From Strigamia acuminata (taxonomy: Eukaryota), in the NCBI GenBank assembly GCA_949358305.1, contig OX442314.1, positions 5,084,001-5,148,000 on the forward strand: 64,000 nucleotides of DNA, given 5' to 3'. The translations under genes were made by a program, and so were the position numbers. This document shows, one piece after another, positions 47,678-59,228 of the stretch. Each line of letters starts with the position of its first letter. Within the stretch, counting starts at the first letter, position 1. Under the pieces are notes generated by a model. That model was not told the DNA's origin and searched no databases. It saw nothing but the letters and a program-made list of their open reading frames with translations.

Positions 47678-47852
47678 ATGAGAGTTTTGCGAGTTTGTAT
47701 GAGATTTTGCGAGATTACGCGAGATTTTGCGAGATTACGCGAGATTTTGTGGGATTACGCGAGATTTTGTGGGATTACACGAGATTTGGCGAGATTACGC
47801 GAGATTTTGTGGGATTACACGAGATTTGGCGAGATTACTCGAGATTTTGCGA
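47678..47852. repeat. 10/20-bp minisatellite (GAGATTTTGC/GAGATTACGC)
   Basis: Tandem units visible. Confidence 0.9.
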
Positions 47853-47985
47853 GGTTGTAAGTGAATTTTAATTAAATTTAAAATTAAATGTTTTGACATG
47901 TTTTTATACAGAATAATTCAATATTTAAAAAGGAAATGCAAAATCTACTTAGAATTTCTTTTTTGTTTCTGTGACGGTTGCACAG

Positions 47986-48065
47986 TACCTTGGGGAGTGA
48001 GAGTGGACGAACGTCATCCGGACTTAGAGTTGTTTGAGATAGCACCGGTTGCACGACATGTGTAA
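47986..48065 (+). CDS. Possible small exon ((V)PWGVRVDERHPDLELFEIAPVARHV*), phase-compatible with the ERG28-like exon
   Basis: Pyrimidine tract, GTGAC and CACAG acceptor, coding-like composition; no homology recognised. Confidence 0.2.
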
Positions 48066-48382
48066 AGAAAATGAAACAGCGAAACAGTTTTATGGTTTAT
48101 AGCCTTTTATTTAGCTTTATAACTTTATATCGTATTACTCCGCTTCTGCCAGTTGTACAGTCGTGTTCAAGAAAACTGGACCCTCATTCTATGCTAGCAA
48201 TTGAAATTGTGAGTAATTTTGTATTTTGCCACTAGGTGAAACACCAGACATCAACAGGTACTTGTATAATACTTGTATAGCACACTTCTGTTAGCAGATG
48301 ATCTTATGAGTACTAAGCTTTACAAACGAAGTCTGAACGTCAGCAATGAAGTGTACGTTCATCGTTCGTGAGGTTAAATACG

Positions 48383-48497
48383 CAGTGTTGTATCTCGGTC
48401 ACTAAATCGCGAACTAGTTCAAGTTCGCGTTCATCACCGTGTAAACTAGTTCACTAACTTGAACCAATAGTTCAGTTCACTTTTCCAATTTTTTTTC
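48383..48497 (-). mobile_element. Family A terminal fragment
   Basis: CAGTGTTGTATCTCG... is the reverse complement of the family-A 3' end. Confidence 0.7.
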
Positions 48498-49659
48498 TAC
48501 GGAAGCCCGTAGTGGCCAAGGTTAATTTGGGGCCGTTATTGTTTGCGGTAAACGAAAGTTTGCAAGCGAGTTTGATGGAGTGCTCGAGCGTGAGATGACG
48601 TTGCCTTGTAACATTTTGTGGGTGAGTTGATAATATAGCTACGAGCATCCATCATCGAGCTCGTTGCGCGAGCAGGAGGGGGAAGAAGCGACAGCGCCGC
48701 TTTACGGTGAGTGTCGTGACAAGACACTTAAATCTTTTTTGCTTTCGGTTCATCTTCATCTTTTGTATATACGAAATGAAATTGCGAGGTGAGGTTATAA
48801 TGCTTGCATTTTATAGCCACTATGCATTTGAGTTTACGCCGAAATAAACGTCAAGATGAAGCCCGAGATAAAGCGCTCGGTCCCATTCTGCCTTTAGTTT
48901 TACTGCGCACTATTTGCTTCGTTAGTGTCACGTAAAAATGAATTATTCCGAGAGGATTTAATCTCCAATTGTGATTTTTTTTTTTTAATTTTTAAGTAAA
49001 ATGAGAAATTTTATTTGTATTTTTTTTTTTTTTTGGTTTGGTTTTGTTTAGCTTTGCAATTGGTCTCTTGTGGTTTGTTGTTGTTGTTGTTGTTGATGTT
49101 GCGATTTTTTGAGTGTTTTTAGGAGCTTATTTTAAGTTAATGCTTTTTTTTATTTTTTTTTATTTTTTTTATTTTATTTTATTTTATTTTATTTTATTTT
49201 ATTTTATTTTATTATTTTTTATTTTATTTTATATCATTTTATTATTATTTTTTTTTGGGTTGAGATATTATGGGATCTGAAATAAAATTTGAATGAATTG
49301 GATGTTTGGTGGAATGGATCGATGCTGTTTTTCTGTAGAAATATTTTTTTTTTTTAGGTCTGAAATTGTAGTATTGTGGGAATTCAAATTACAAATTGGG
49401 TGTTTCTGGATCTAAAATTGCACCATAGTGCATAAAAATTATTATTTTTATTTGTATTCAGTTCAAAACTACATTTTAAATGCATTTCCAGGGTCTAAAA
49501 ATGCATGATTCTGCATATAATTTGCATTTGGAGCATTATTAAGTCTAGAAAACTTTATTTTAGTCCGTTATAGTCTAAAGATGTTTTTTGGAGTCTAGTA
49601 ATTTTATTTTTTACTATTACTCAGTCTAAAGAGGTGTTTTTCAGTATGTCACTGCATTT

Positions 49660-50025
49660 GTCAGTCTAAAAAAACATTTTTCAGTCAAAAAAAACATTTT
49701 TTAGTCTAAAAAAGCATTTTTTAGTCTAAAAAAGCATTTTTTAGTCTAAAAAAGCATTTTTTAGTCTAAAAAAGCATTTTTTAGTCTAAAAAAGCATTTT
49801 TTAGTCTAAAAAAGCATTTTTTAGTCTAAAAAAGCATTTCTTAGTCTAAAAAAGCATTTTTTAGTCTAAAAAAGCATTTTTTAGTGTAAAAAAAGCATTT
49901 TTCGGTCTAAAAAAGCATTTTTCGGTCTAAAAAAGCATTTTTCGGTCTAAAAAAACATTTTTTGGTCTACAAAAGCATTTTTTGGTCCAAAAAAATTTTT
50001 TTTGGTTTAAAAAAGCATTTTTCAG
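49660..50025. repeat. 20-bp minisatellite (TTAGTCTAAAAAAGCATTTT)
   Basis: Tandem units visible. Confidence 0.95.
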
Positions 50026-50739
50026 ATTAAAAATTCAATCCTGTTAGTCTCGAGTTGAATTTCTTGCCACAAACTTCATATTTCCTTTTAACAAATTCAA
50101 CTTTACTTTCTGAAAAATTGAATACCAAAGTCCAAAAATATTGCTTTTCACTTCGACCAAATTGCAAATTCACTGGCCAAACTCCATCATCTCCCATGTC
50201 CAGAAATTCATTTTTCAGCTCTTCGGAGAATACTAAGTATAAAATAAACGGCAGCAACAAACCAACATGGTTTGAATGCAATATTCCAAACAAGCCAAAA
50301 GAACAGGAATGACGCTCGGATTTTCTATATACGTTAGTTGTTAGTTGTGCGATTGCCGATTGGCGTGATATGCATTTATCCAGTGGCAAATTGAACTGCA
50401 GGTTGTAAGACCGGTTTAATCTGCTTGTATCCTCGAGCAAACTGATTGGCTCCGGGATCGTTACTCTTTCCGTAATGACTGACCAGTTCGATCGACCAAA
50501 AGAGGAAAGAAAGCAATTTACGCGGGCATCAAAAGTATACCCGTTTATTTACCCAATTGATTATTGAATCAACAGTAGAAAATGGGAGAATCCTGTTTGG
50601 GCCGTATGTGCTTTAAAGCCGTGTAATTTTGTATATACGAAGACCGGGATTGTTTGTATTTTTATCAAGAAATCGATAATATAAGAAGTTGAGTAAAATA
50701 GTAATAAAAAAATCATTTTTTTGTAAAAAGTGAAAAAAA

Positions 50740-51370
50740 ATTGATTGAAAAATCGATTAGATTGTTAAAAATCGATTTAAAATTGATTAGATTGTTAAAA
50801 ATGGATTTTTAAATTGTTAAAAATCGGTTTTTAGGTTGTTAAAAATTGAATTTCAGATTGTTAAAAATCAATCAGAAAATTCATTTTTAACAATCTAAAA
50901 ATCGATTTCTAATCACCTAAAAATCGATTTTAATCACCTAAAAATCGATTTTAATCACCTAAAAATCGATTTTTAACAATCAGAAAATCGATTTTCAACA
51001 ATCAGAAAATCGATTTTTAACAATCAGAAAATCTTTTTATAACAATCAGAAAATTGGTTTTTACAATCTAAAAATCGATTTTTTGATTGGTAAAAATCGA
51101 TTTTTAGGTGATTAAAAATTGGATTTTTAGATTGTTAAAAATTGGATTTTTAGATTGTTAAAAATAGATTTTCCAATTGTTAAAAATAGATTTTCCAATT
51201 GTTAAAAATAGATTTTCCAATTGTTAAAAATAGATTTTCCAATTGTTAAAAATAGATTTTCCAATTGTTAAAAATAGATTTTCCAATTGTTAAAAATCGA
51301 TTTTCCAATTGTTAAAAATCGATTTTCTGATTGTTCAAAATCGATTTTCAAATTGTTAAAAATTGTTTTT
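50740..51370. repeat. 21-bp minisatellite (ATTGTTAAAAATCGATTTTCC-like) with an internally inverted block
   Basis: Units run forward, reverse (~50880-51075), then forward again. Confidence 0.85.
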
Positions 51371-51853
51371 TTCAGACTGTTGAAAAATCAATTTCAAGAT
51401 CGATAACAGAATCAATTTCACAATCGATTAAAAAAAATCGAGTTGAACATTGATCGAATACAGATTTCTTGCTTTTCTCCTTTATCTTACTTTTATCTTT
51501 ATTTACCTGGAAACGAGAAATTTTGCGTGATGGAAACCTAGTGTTAGAATAAACAAGAACACAATGTGAGAATGGTTTTAGTGCCTATCTCGGCTCAGAT
51601 AGCAGAGTAATTGCATTGAGAGTATGAGACTGGTTTCAATCTCACTTTAGGGTCGTCGGTGGTCGGTCATTTATAAACATGATGTATGTATACCAAACAG
51701 ATTGGAGAAGCCGAAGAAGGGGTGAAACAGAAATTGGAAAAAGTGTGTTACCGGGTGATGCTCTCATTGCCGGCACCACCCGTGACTATCAAACAGCGAA
51801 AGTTTACCAAGAGGCAGATTACGGGCAAGATGGGCAAGGGGGCCCCACACCTA

Positions 51854-52126
51854 CCGTCTTCCCCCGAAAATAACACCACGATGTTGTATTCGAATACAAC
51901 ACCATGTTAGTTTGTCAAAAAAGTAAAATTGTTATTTACTCTATTAATTTGTATTCATCAATTAATTAACAAAAACAACGATGTACTGTACGTTTTAAAT
52001 ATTTTTATACAAATCTGAATATAACACCATGGGGGTATATTCGAATTTTTCAACAATGTTTCACAAATTACAGTTTTCAAAGAAACTCGAATACAACACC
52101 GTGGTATTTTTTTCGGGGGAAGACGG
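51854..52126. mobile_element. Tc1/mariner-superfamily (pogo/Tc2-like) MITE
   Basis: TA|CCGTCTTCCCCCGAAAA...TTTTCGGGGGAAGACGG|TA with ~40-bp imperfect TIRs. Confidence 0.85.
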
Positions 52127-52707
52127 TAGGCTTAAAGGGCCACTCCCCAGGCCCGTATTTTAAGATACATCCTACTTTTCACAGATAGTATTGTTTGTTG
52201 TTAACAGTAGGCTTCTGTAAGTATTAAGTCTACGCAATTTTCACATTGCGGTTCCACCACAGCTATGGTCCCCTGTGTAAAGGCCTTGATCCGGCTCTGA
52301 GTCAAACTGACCGGTTTCTGGTCACATGCAACACCGTTCCCAAATGACCCGCTTAGTATAAGCCCACCATGCCAGGAGTAGTTGCTGGTTCCAGAAGTCA
52401 CCTTCAGCAAACAATGGTGAAAGTACAAGTGTAATTGTGCAAGAGTTGACTAGGAAAGGGTCAACTTCGGCTGGACAATCAGTCCAAGCAGGACCATCAC
52501 GAGACAAGCGTCTTGAGCCGTCTCCACTCTTGTTTACCATGGTGATGCTTAGGGAATCGGCGGGTTGGGTCTCTGACCCACGCGAACAATGGCAATTTGA
52601 CCATGTGGTCAGCGTCTTGGTCGAAGATGCGTCAGATGGGCATCCATCCACTCTCGCAAGCCACGTTGGTTGTGCCAATGGTCATTTTTGGCTCGTAGCA
52701 GTGTGAA

Positions 52708-52892
52708 AGAAGCGCCTGGCGACAGGAGGCTCTGGACCAATGAAATTACAGACACAAACCAGGAATGACTAATGCATGCTAAACATACGGTGACTAAATA
52801 AGTGCCCAATTCCTCATCGCATTAAAAAATACCAGTTAAGGTGAGGTTTGCAGAGGAAAAGGGGGTCAAGGGGGGCACTGGCCCCCCTTGTG
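52708..52892 (+). repeat. Dispersed repeat family G (inverted partner at ~56070-56253)
   Basis: Reverse-complement similarity, e.g. ACAAACCAGGAATGACTAA / TTAGTCATTCCTGGTTTGT. Confidence 0.8.
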
Positions 52893-54283
52893 AAGAAAAA
52901 ACCCAAGAATATGCGAACAATCAAGAAACAGCATTAGTCACTCCTGGCTGTGGAGCCCCCTGTTGCCAGGCCATGGAGTCCGTATTGTTTTAGTTTTGGG
53001 TCTAGTGATCTTTTTCTGATGCTGGTACTTCGGTGTTTAAACGGCAGCAGATTCAGCTGTACATGCACACAGAAAAGACGCTTAGTGGTATGTTTAAGGT
53101 TTGCTTTTGAGGTTGGATCTTTAATGGAAAGTTATTATTTATTAATAAAAAATGGGATGGAGCAAGTGAGAAGTTAATCAAGAGGTTAAAGAAAACTGTA
53201 GTAACGAGTTAAAGTGGAAGAGGGAACCGTCTGCTTTGTTAAATATGTGTTTAAGCATTAATAAGGTCTTAGCGAAAGTCCTCTTAAATTTTACTCGTTG
53301 TGAATTATTCCTCAGCCGCTTCTAATTCTCGGTTAAAATATTAATTTGGCTAATAATTAAATATTTTCCATTCCGGTCTGCGGTACTTATCCGATAAGAT
53401 GTCTAAATATTGTCTTAGGGTCTTGAGTTGACGCAAGCGCAATGCAAAGCAAAAGTATTTACATTTAACTGTAGCATAGTGCAGTGGCTAACTAACGGTG
53501 AGTAACTTAGGATATGGACCAAATACAGAGGGTAAATACTGAAAAATGAAACACTTTAAAGGTGGACTTGCTAGTGATTAGCACACCACATGTAGAACGA
53601 CGTTCGGAAGAATGTCTGTTATTTAGATGAGGTTGGGGAAGTTGCGATACTTCTGTGTGGATACAACCTTCTTTCCTTGCTTTACTGCTTGCTTCGACAC
53701 AATTTTTATCCAGTCATTGCGTTGCAGCAGGTAGCATTAGTATCCCACAATGCACAGCTGTACCTGTCTTACTTTACCTTTCAAAGACAGCTAAAGTGCT
53801 GTCTAGTTTGAGCCATCAATTTAACTTTAGTGCAGAGAGATTTTTGAGAAGAGTATAATGGGCAGTTAATTTGAAATTGACGGTTTGATTATGCTGGCTA
53901 TACCAAACATTAGAAATGAAAATTGGTTATATTTTTGATGATTTAGAGCACATGGTCTCAAACTTTTTTCTAGCATAAATGACATTTTTGGAACAATTTT
54001 TTTTATTTCTTAAATTTGATTTGAGTTATTATCTTATAATTTTAAACAATGCTTTATTGATGATGATATAAACCTGTAAATAAATTTTCAAGTCAAAATT
54101 TGACTTGCAACTAAGAAACCCGTAGTGGTCTCAAGCTTTTTTCCACCTCTGTATATCCCTGTTTTATTTTGCCGTGTTTTCTGGCTGCTTAAACATACAC
54201 TAAGTAGCAGAAGGCTTATACAGAACGGAGGGTTGTTTTCGTTCTTCTTCGTGCAATGGCAGTTCACCTTTAAACGACAATAT

Positions 54284-54620
54284 GCAGGGTGTGGGAAAAA
54301 GTCTTTATCTTGCCCAATATAATGCAAATGAGCAGAGATATCACAAAATTGCTGATGGGAGAGGGAAGTTGTGGGGACAATCCAATACCTTGTCTGAAAG
54401 TTGACCTTCAAGATCATATACAAGGTCATTCACAGCAAAGTTTTAAATTTGTGGGGATACAGAAAAATTTTCAATTACAAAGTTGTGGAGCATTGTCAAA
54501 TTAGTTAAAAAATTTGACTTTCAAGATCTTTCACAAGGTCATTCACAGCAATGTTTTAAACTAGTAGAGATACAGCAAACTTTTCAATTACAAAGTTGTA
54601 GAGCACTGTCAAATTAGTCC
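54284..54620 (+). mobile_element. Degenerate relative of MITE family D
   Basis: CAGGGTGT..AAAAAGTC start; shares CAATTACAAAGTTGTAGAGCAC..TCAAATTAG with 20600-20650; internal duplication. Confidence 0.55.
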
Positions 54621-55389
54621 AACGGCACGCGCTAAGGACTTTTCTTGCACTCTGCACGAAATTTAAATAAGATAACGGAGTTTCAGCGTGAAACGATAAA
54701 TCACAGCCATATACATCTCCATTTTAAATTTACTCTGGTATTACACTTGTTTTATTTTTTTATTATTTTTTATTACGTCCAGTTTGCAGAGAATTGTGTC
54801 TGCTTAGGCAGCACTTTACCTTAAGACAAGAGCCTAGAGGGAATTGTATGGTGCTTGGGAAATCATACTCTTGCCCTGTCACGACCCCGGTTACACCGAT
54901 AAATTATAAAGTTAATTTGCCTTCTCTATTCGGTGTTGTAAACACATCTTGGCGGCTCTTAAGCAGACAAAAGTTAAAGGCCAAGACAGCAATATGCTAA
55001 TAATTGTATCAGATTCAAATGGCAAAACTTTAATTTTCTAACTTGTTGTTGCAATGTTTACCGTCTCATCTAAATCTTTTATTGCTCGTAGGTCTTTATT
55101 GGAAATTTGATGGGAAAAGACTGGAAAAGCATGTTGACAATGCGCCTGTATTTGATTACTGCAGTCAAGTAATACAATCCATGCATTTTGCTGCAAAGGC
55201 ATTCTTTTTTAGATTGAAAGAAAATGGTTTTTTGGATCAAGAAACCCGAAGCTTGAATGGCAGCCTATCTAAAGCTTTATACAATTGGGCTGTAAAATCG
55301 ATTAATATTTTCTTCTAAGTGTTTTTCAATGTGTTGTTTGTTGGCTTCTAGTCAGTCTCTGGTGTCATCATCTCTCGAGAATAAAAAAA

Positions 55390-55390
<1 letters not shown>

Positions 55391-55444
<54 letters not shown>
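55391..55444. repeat. (ATT)n microsatellite
   Basis: About 18 perfect units. Confidence 0.95.
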
Positions 55445-55446
<2 letters not shown>

Positions 55447-58400
55447 GCTTAAGCGGAGGCGTTAAACGGAAACATCCACCTTCATTTGCCTAGCGGTCTT
55501 TCCGTTATTGAAGGGATCGGGACAGAGTGGGCGGAAGGGTCTTTGTAATGGATGAAGAGGAATGTCAGTGATTTTTTTGTGTGTTGGAGAAGGAGGAGGA
55601 AAAATTGTTTGGTGTTTATTGACTGAGCTGGAGAACGTCTCTTTATTCGTGTTCTCATGGCTACGGCTGTACCCTTTCTTCTTGTGGACAAAAAATTGGG
55701 ATTCGCACTCAATCCACAAAATTCAATTCTAGTTAGAGGTTTAAAACAAGTTTTGTTTATTTTCAATGAATTTCTGTGTAAAATGTGATTAGAATGATGG
55801 ATTTTTTTTAATTGGTAATAAAATGTTGATTTAATTTGCTAAATTTTCTTTTTTTCCTTTTTAATCAATCAAACAATGTTAGCATAGTTTGTTGGTTTTT
55901 TTTGGCAGGTAAACAAAGGTTTAGTTTTTTATTGGTTGTTTTGCCTAGTTGGTTTACAATTCTGGTGTTATGGGCTACTTTTTGTGTCACTACACCAGTG
56001 AGACGGCTCAACTAATAGGAGTTAGGACATCGTTGTGCCGGTTTGGAGTACATACAGATTTTTTTTCTTAACAAGGGGGGCCAGGGCCCTCCCCTTGACC
56101 CCCCCTCCCCCTGTGAACCTCACTTTAACTGTTTTTTTTAATGTGATGGGGAATTGGGCACTTATTTAGTCGCGATATGGTTAGTATGCGTTAGTCATTC
56201 CTGGTTTGTGCCTGTAATTTCATTGATCGGAGCCCCCTGTCGCCAAGTGCTTCTCGTTGGATCGGGTCCTTAAGAAAGTCGTCCTACACATCGCGGCCTA
56301 CATGGCTGAATCCCCAGACGGGCATCCATGTTTGGCGACACGATACAACGACGACTTTCCGATGCGGCATCCGGGTTAAAATGTCGTCTGAGCCCATTCC
56401 ATTTAATATTCCAATCTTCCGGCAAGTAATTCACTTAGCGAATAACAAATCCCGCTTTCTCTTCCATCCCCAAAGCCAGAGGCAGCCATTAATGCCATTC
56501 TTCAATAATCAGATACTAAGCCAACTTCCATGTTATGTATAATTAAAAATCGCCTCCCACAATACCTGCAGTCTGCGAAATCAGAATTTGCTCCGCATAA
56601 CAAGATTATAAACAAGATTAGTTATTAAGCGAAGAGCAGATGACTAATCCCACCTTCATTTTAAGCAATAATGATTAAAAATTCACATCCCTTTTAAGCC
56701 TTAATTAATCCTTTTCTGTCTTTCCTGCACTCTTAAATTATTGATTCCATTGATCCTCCGGTCTCCGAGCGAAGATAAAAGTTTTGTTTCAGTGTCACTA
56801 AGTCTCGGAAGATGGCGGCCATCTTGTGTGATTAAGGTCCATTTGTGCTGGTTATACACCCTATTTTTGGGCCCGAAACGAGTGTTTTGAGTGCAAATAC
56901 CCATCAGGGGTATTTGGGCCGGTTTAGTGGGTCCACCAGGAGGAATCAATTGTTTTGATTGGTTAGTGTGGGAATGGCGCACGTGGCGCCGCCACGCTGC
57001 GTGCGGGCCAAGTTCATTATGCGTGGAGAGGCCATGAATGCAAATGTGTTCTTGGTTGGTGGCAATCGATAGGAAATTCCCCTTCTTGGTCTCGAGATGG
57101 CGAATTAAATGAGCAGAAGGAGGGGGAGAACAAAGCCATTATGCATAATGTCAATAATTTTGGCGAATAAAAAAAAAAATGTTTTAGTTTCTTGAAACAA
57201 ACACCAGCTGGCGTCTGTAACGGTTCGATTACAAAATTGAGTTTAGGACGGTGTTTGGCGACTTTTTTTTTTTTTAAAGTGCTTCCATGTTGGTTGTATG
57301 TGGTGAGCTTGCTTTATTAATTTTTTTTTTTGGAATTAATTTTTTTTTTTTTTTGAATTGAAATTTGTTGAATAAATGTGGGTGGTTTTTTGTTTTAAAA
57401 TGTAGAGTAAATTATTAATTATATGAAGAAATTAAAATGAATTGTTCTCTCTTTCTTTTTTTTTCTTTTTTTTTATTTTTGTATGAATATTGGGATGAAA
57501 AATGGAGATTTAAAAGTGGTATTATTGTTTTTTTTTCTTTTCTTTTTTTAGTGGGGATAAATTTAATTAAAAATAATGAAGGAGCAGTTGGGATTTATTA
57601 ATTTAGAATATTATGGGTTTAGGATAACTCATTGCAGTTGTGCAGATGCATTGTGGGCTTTATTGGGAAACATTTCTCACAAGAAGGGGATCTTAATTTG
57701 ATGCAAATGCATTGTTGTTGAGTGCAGCCAAAATAATTTGAAAATTAAATTAAATTTACTAGATGGAAAGAGAAAAATAAACATGAAAAATCTCTTCGTG
57801 TAACACCTGGGGCCCCTGGGGGGGTCAGTTTCATTAAAATCCCCATATGAAAAGATGTACAATGTGGTGATCAGGGCTGGGCCGGTGATGCAAATGCTTC
57901 CCAAATTCACCGATTATCTGTAAATCCGTATCTTAAACCTTTTAAAAAGTACAAAATGAAAGTCCTTCCCGGTCAAATTTAAGGTCACCATTGAATAGCC
58001 CATCATCGACTTCCTATTCGACCACATCAATAGAATTGATATATCTTCAGTCATTTTCAAGAAAAAAAGGTGTTTCCAGACTTTTGACTCGCCCTATATA
58101 GTCGCACTGTATTCTGGGATGACAACAAGTAACAAACATGTAGTTGGCAAGCTTGACCCAAAAGGAAGTGACAACACAGCGGTCGTGTCCCCCACGGCTG
58201 CAAAATCTTGCCGTCTTGCGGTCAGGTGCACCAACAGACCCATAGCATCTAGATATTGGATCTGTAGGCGACACATACACTTTAAATGATTGAAACAATA
58301 CAACATGATAAAAGGTGATCTATCAGACAGGCGGTTGCCCGATACAGGGAAAATAGCACATGGGACCAATGACCAAGGCTGGCCTTAGCAATTGCGGGGC

Positions 58401-58692
58401 CAAATTTGGACCATTTTAGTGGGACCTTCTGGGAATGTGGTAATGGAAACTTTTCATCACTGTCCATAAATCACTTTTAACATAACTGAGCACAAAATAT
58501 TGGGCTCTTATTGCTGGGCCAGATTGGGTGCAATTGGTTCAAGTGCCAGAAGAAAGTGGTCTTTTTAGACAGGTTGGTTAATGATAAAATCAATGGTGGA
58601 GATTTATCATCCATACAGCTTGTGTGTTGTTGCAGATTTGTCAGCTGCAGTACTTGTCAGTTAAGAGCTTTAAGTTTGTGGTTTGGTAGGAG

Positions 58693-58765
58693 TGCTTGGT
58701 AGCGTAGTTGGTAATGCACATGACCGGCAATCAGCAGAGCTGTGGTTCGATTCCCAGTCATCGAT
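58693..58765 (+). mobile_element. tRNA-derived SINE head or tRNA pseudogene
   Basis: A-box TAGCGTAGTTGG (58700-11) and B-box GGTTCGATTCC (58744-54) at tRNA spacing, but no intact cloverleaf. Confidence 0.45.
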
Positions 58766-58964
58766 TCCTCAGCATCACAGCTGTTTGTCTTATTTCTGGC
58801 ATGCATTTGATCAATAATAGTCTGATATTACATATTAAATTGTTGTGTTAGTATCGAGGTGACCACAGTTCAGATAAGTTTTAAACCAGCGCTTTTTAAT
58901 CCTTGCGGGCGCGAGATAGGTTTGCCGAGAGTGCAAGGCCCCTTCATTAAAAATGTTTAATATA

Positions 58965-59228
58965 CAGGGTGGAAGAAAAGGTGACCAAGATAAGTTGGAT
59001 AGTACTAATTTGATGGTGCTCTACAACTTTGTAATTGAAAATTTTTCTCTAATCTGATTGGTTTAGAAGTTAGCAAGTAAATGACCTTGAAAATGGCCTT
59101 CAAGGTCAAATTTGATGACATCATTGGATTGCTTTCACCCAACTTCCTATATGATCGCTTTATCAAAGTTGGCCTAGATGCAATTGCTCAGGAAATATTT
59201 GAGGGAAACAGACTTTTCTTCCACCCTG
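58965..59228. mobile_element. Tc1/mariner-type MITE family D, complete
   Basis: TA|CAGGGTGGAAGAAAAG...CTTTTCTTCCACCCTG|TA. Confidence 0.9.
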
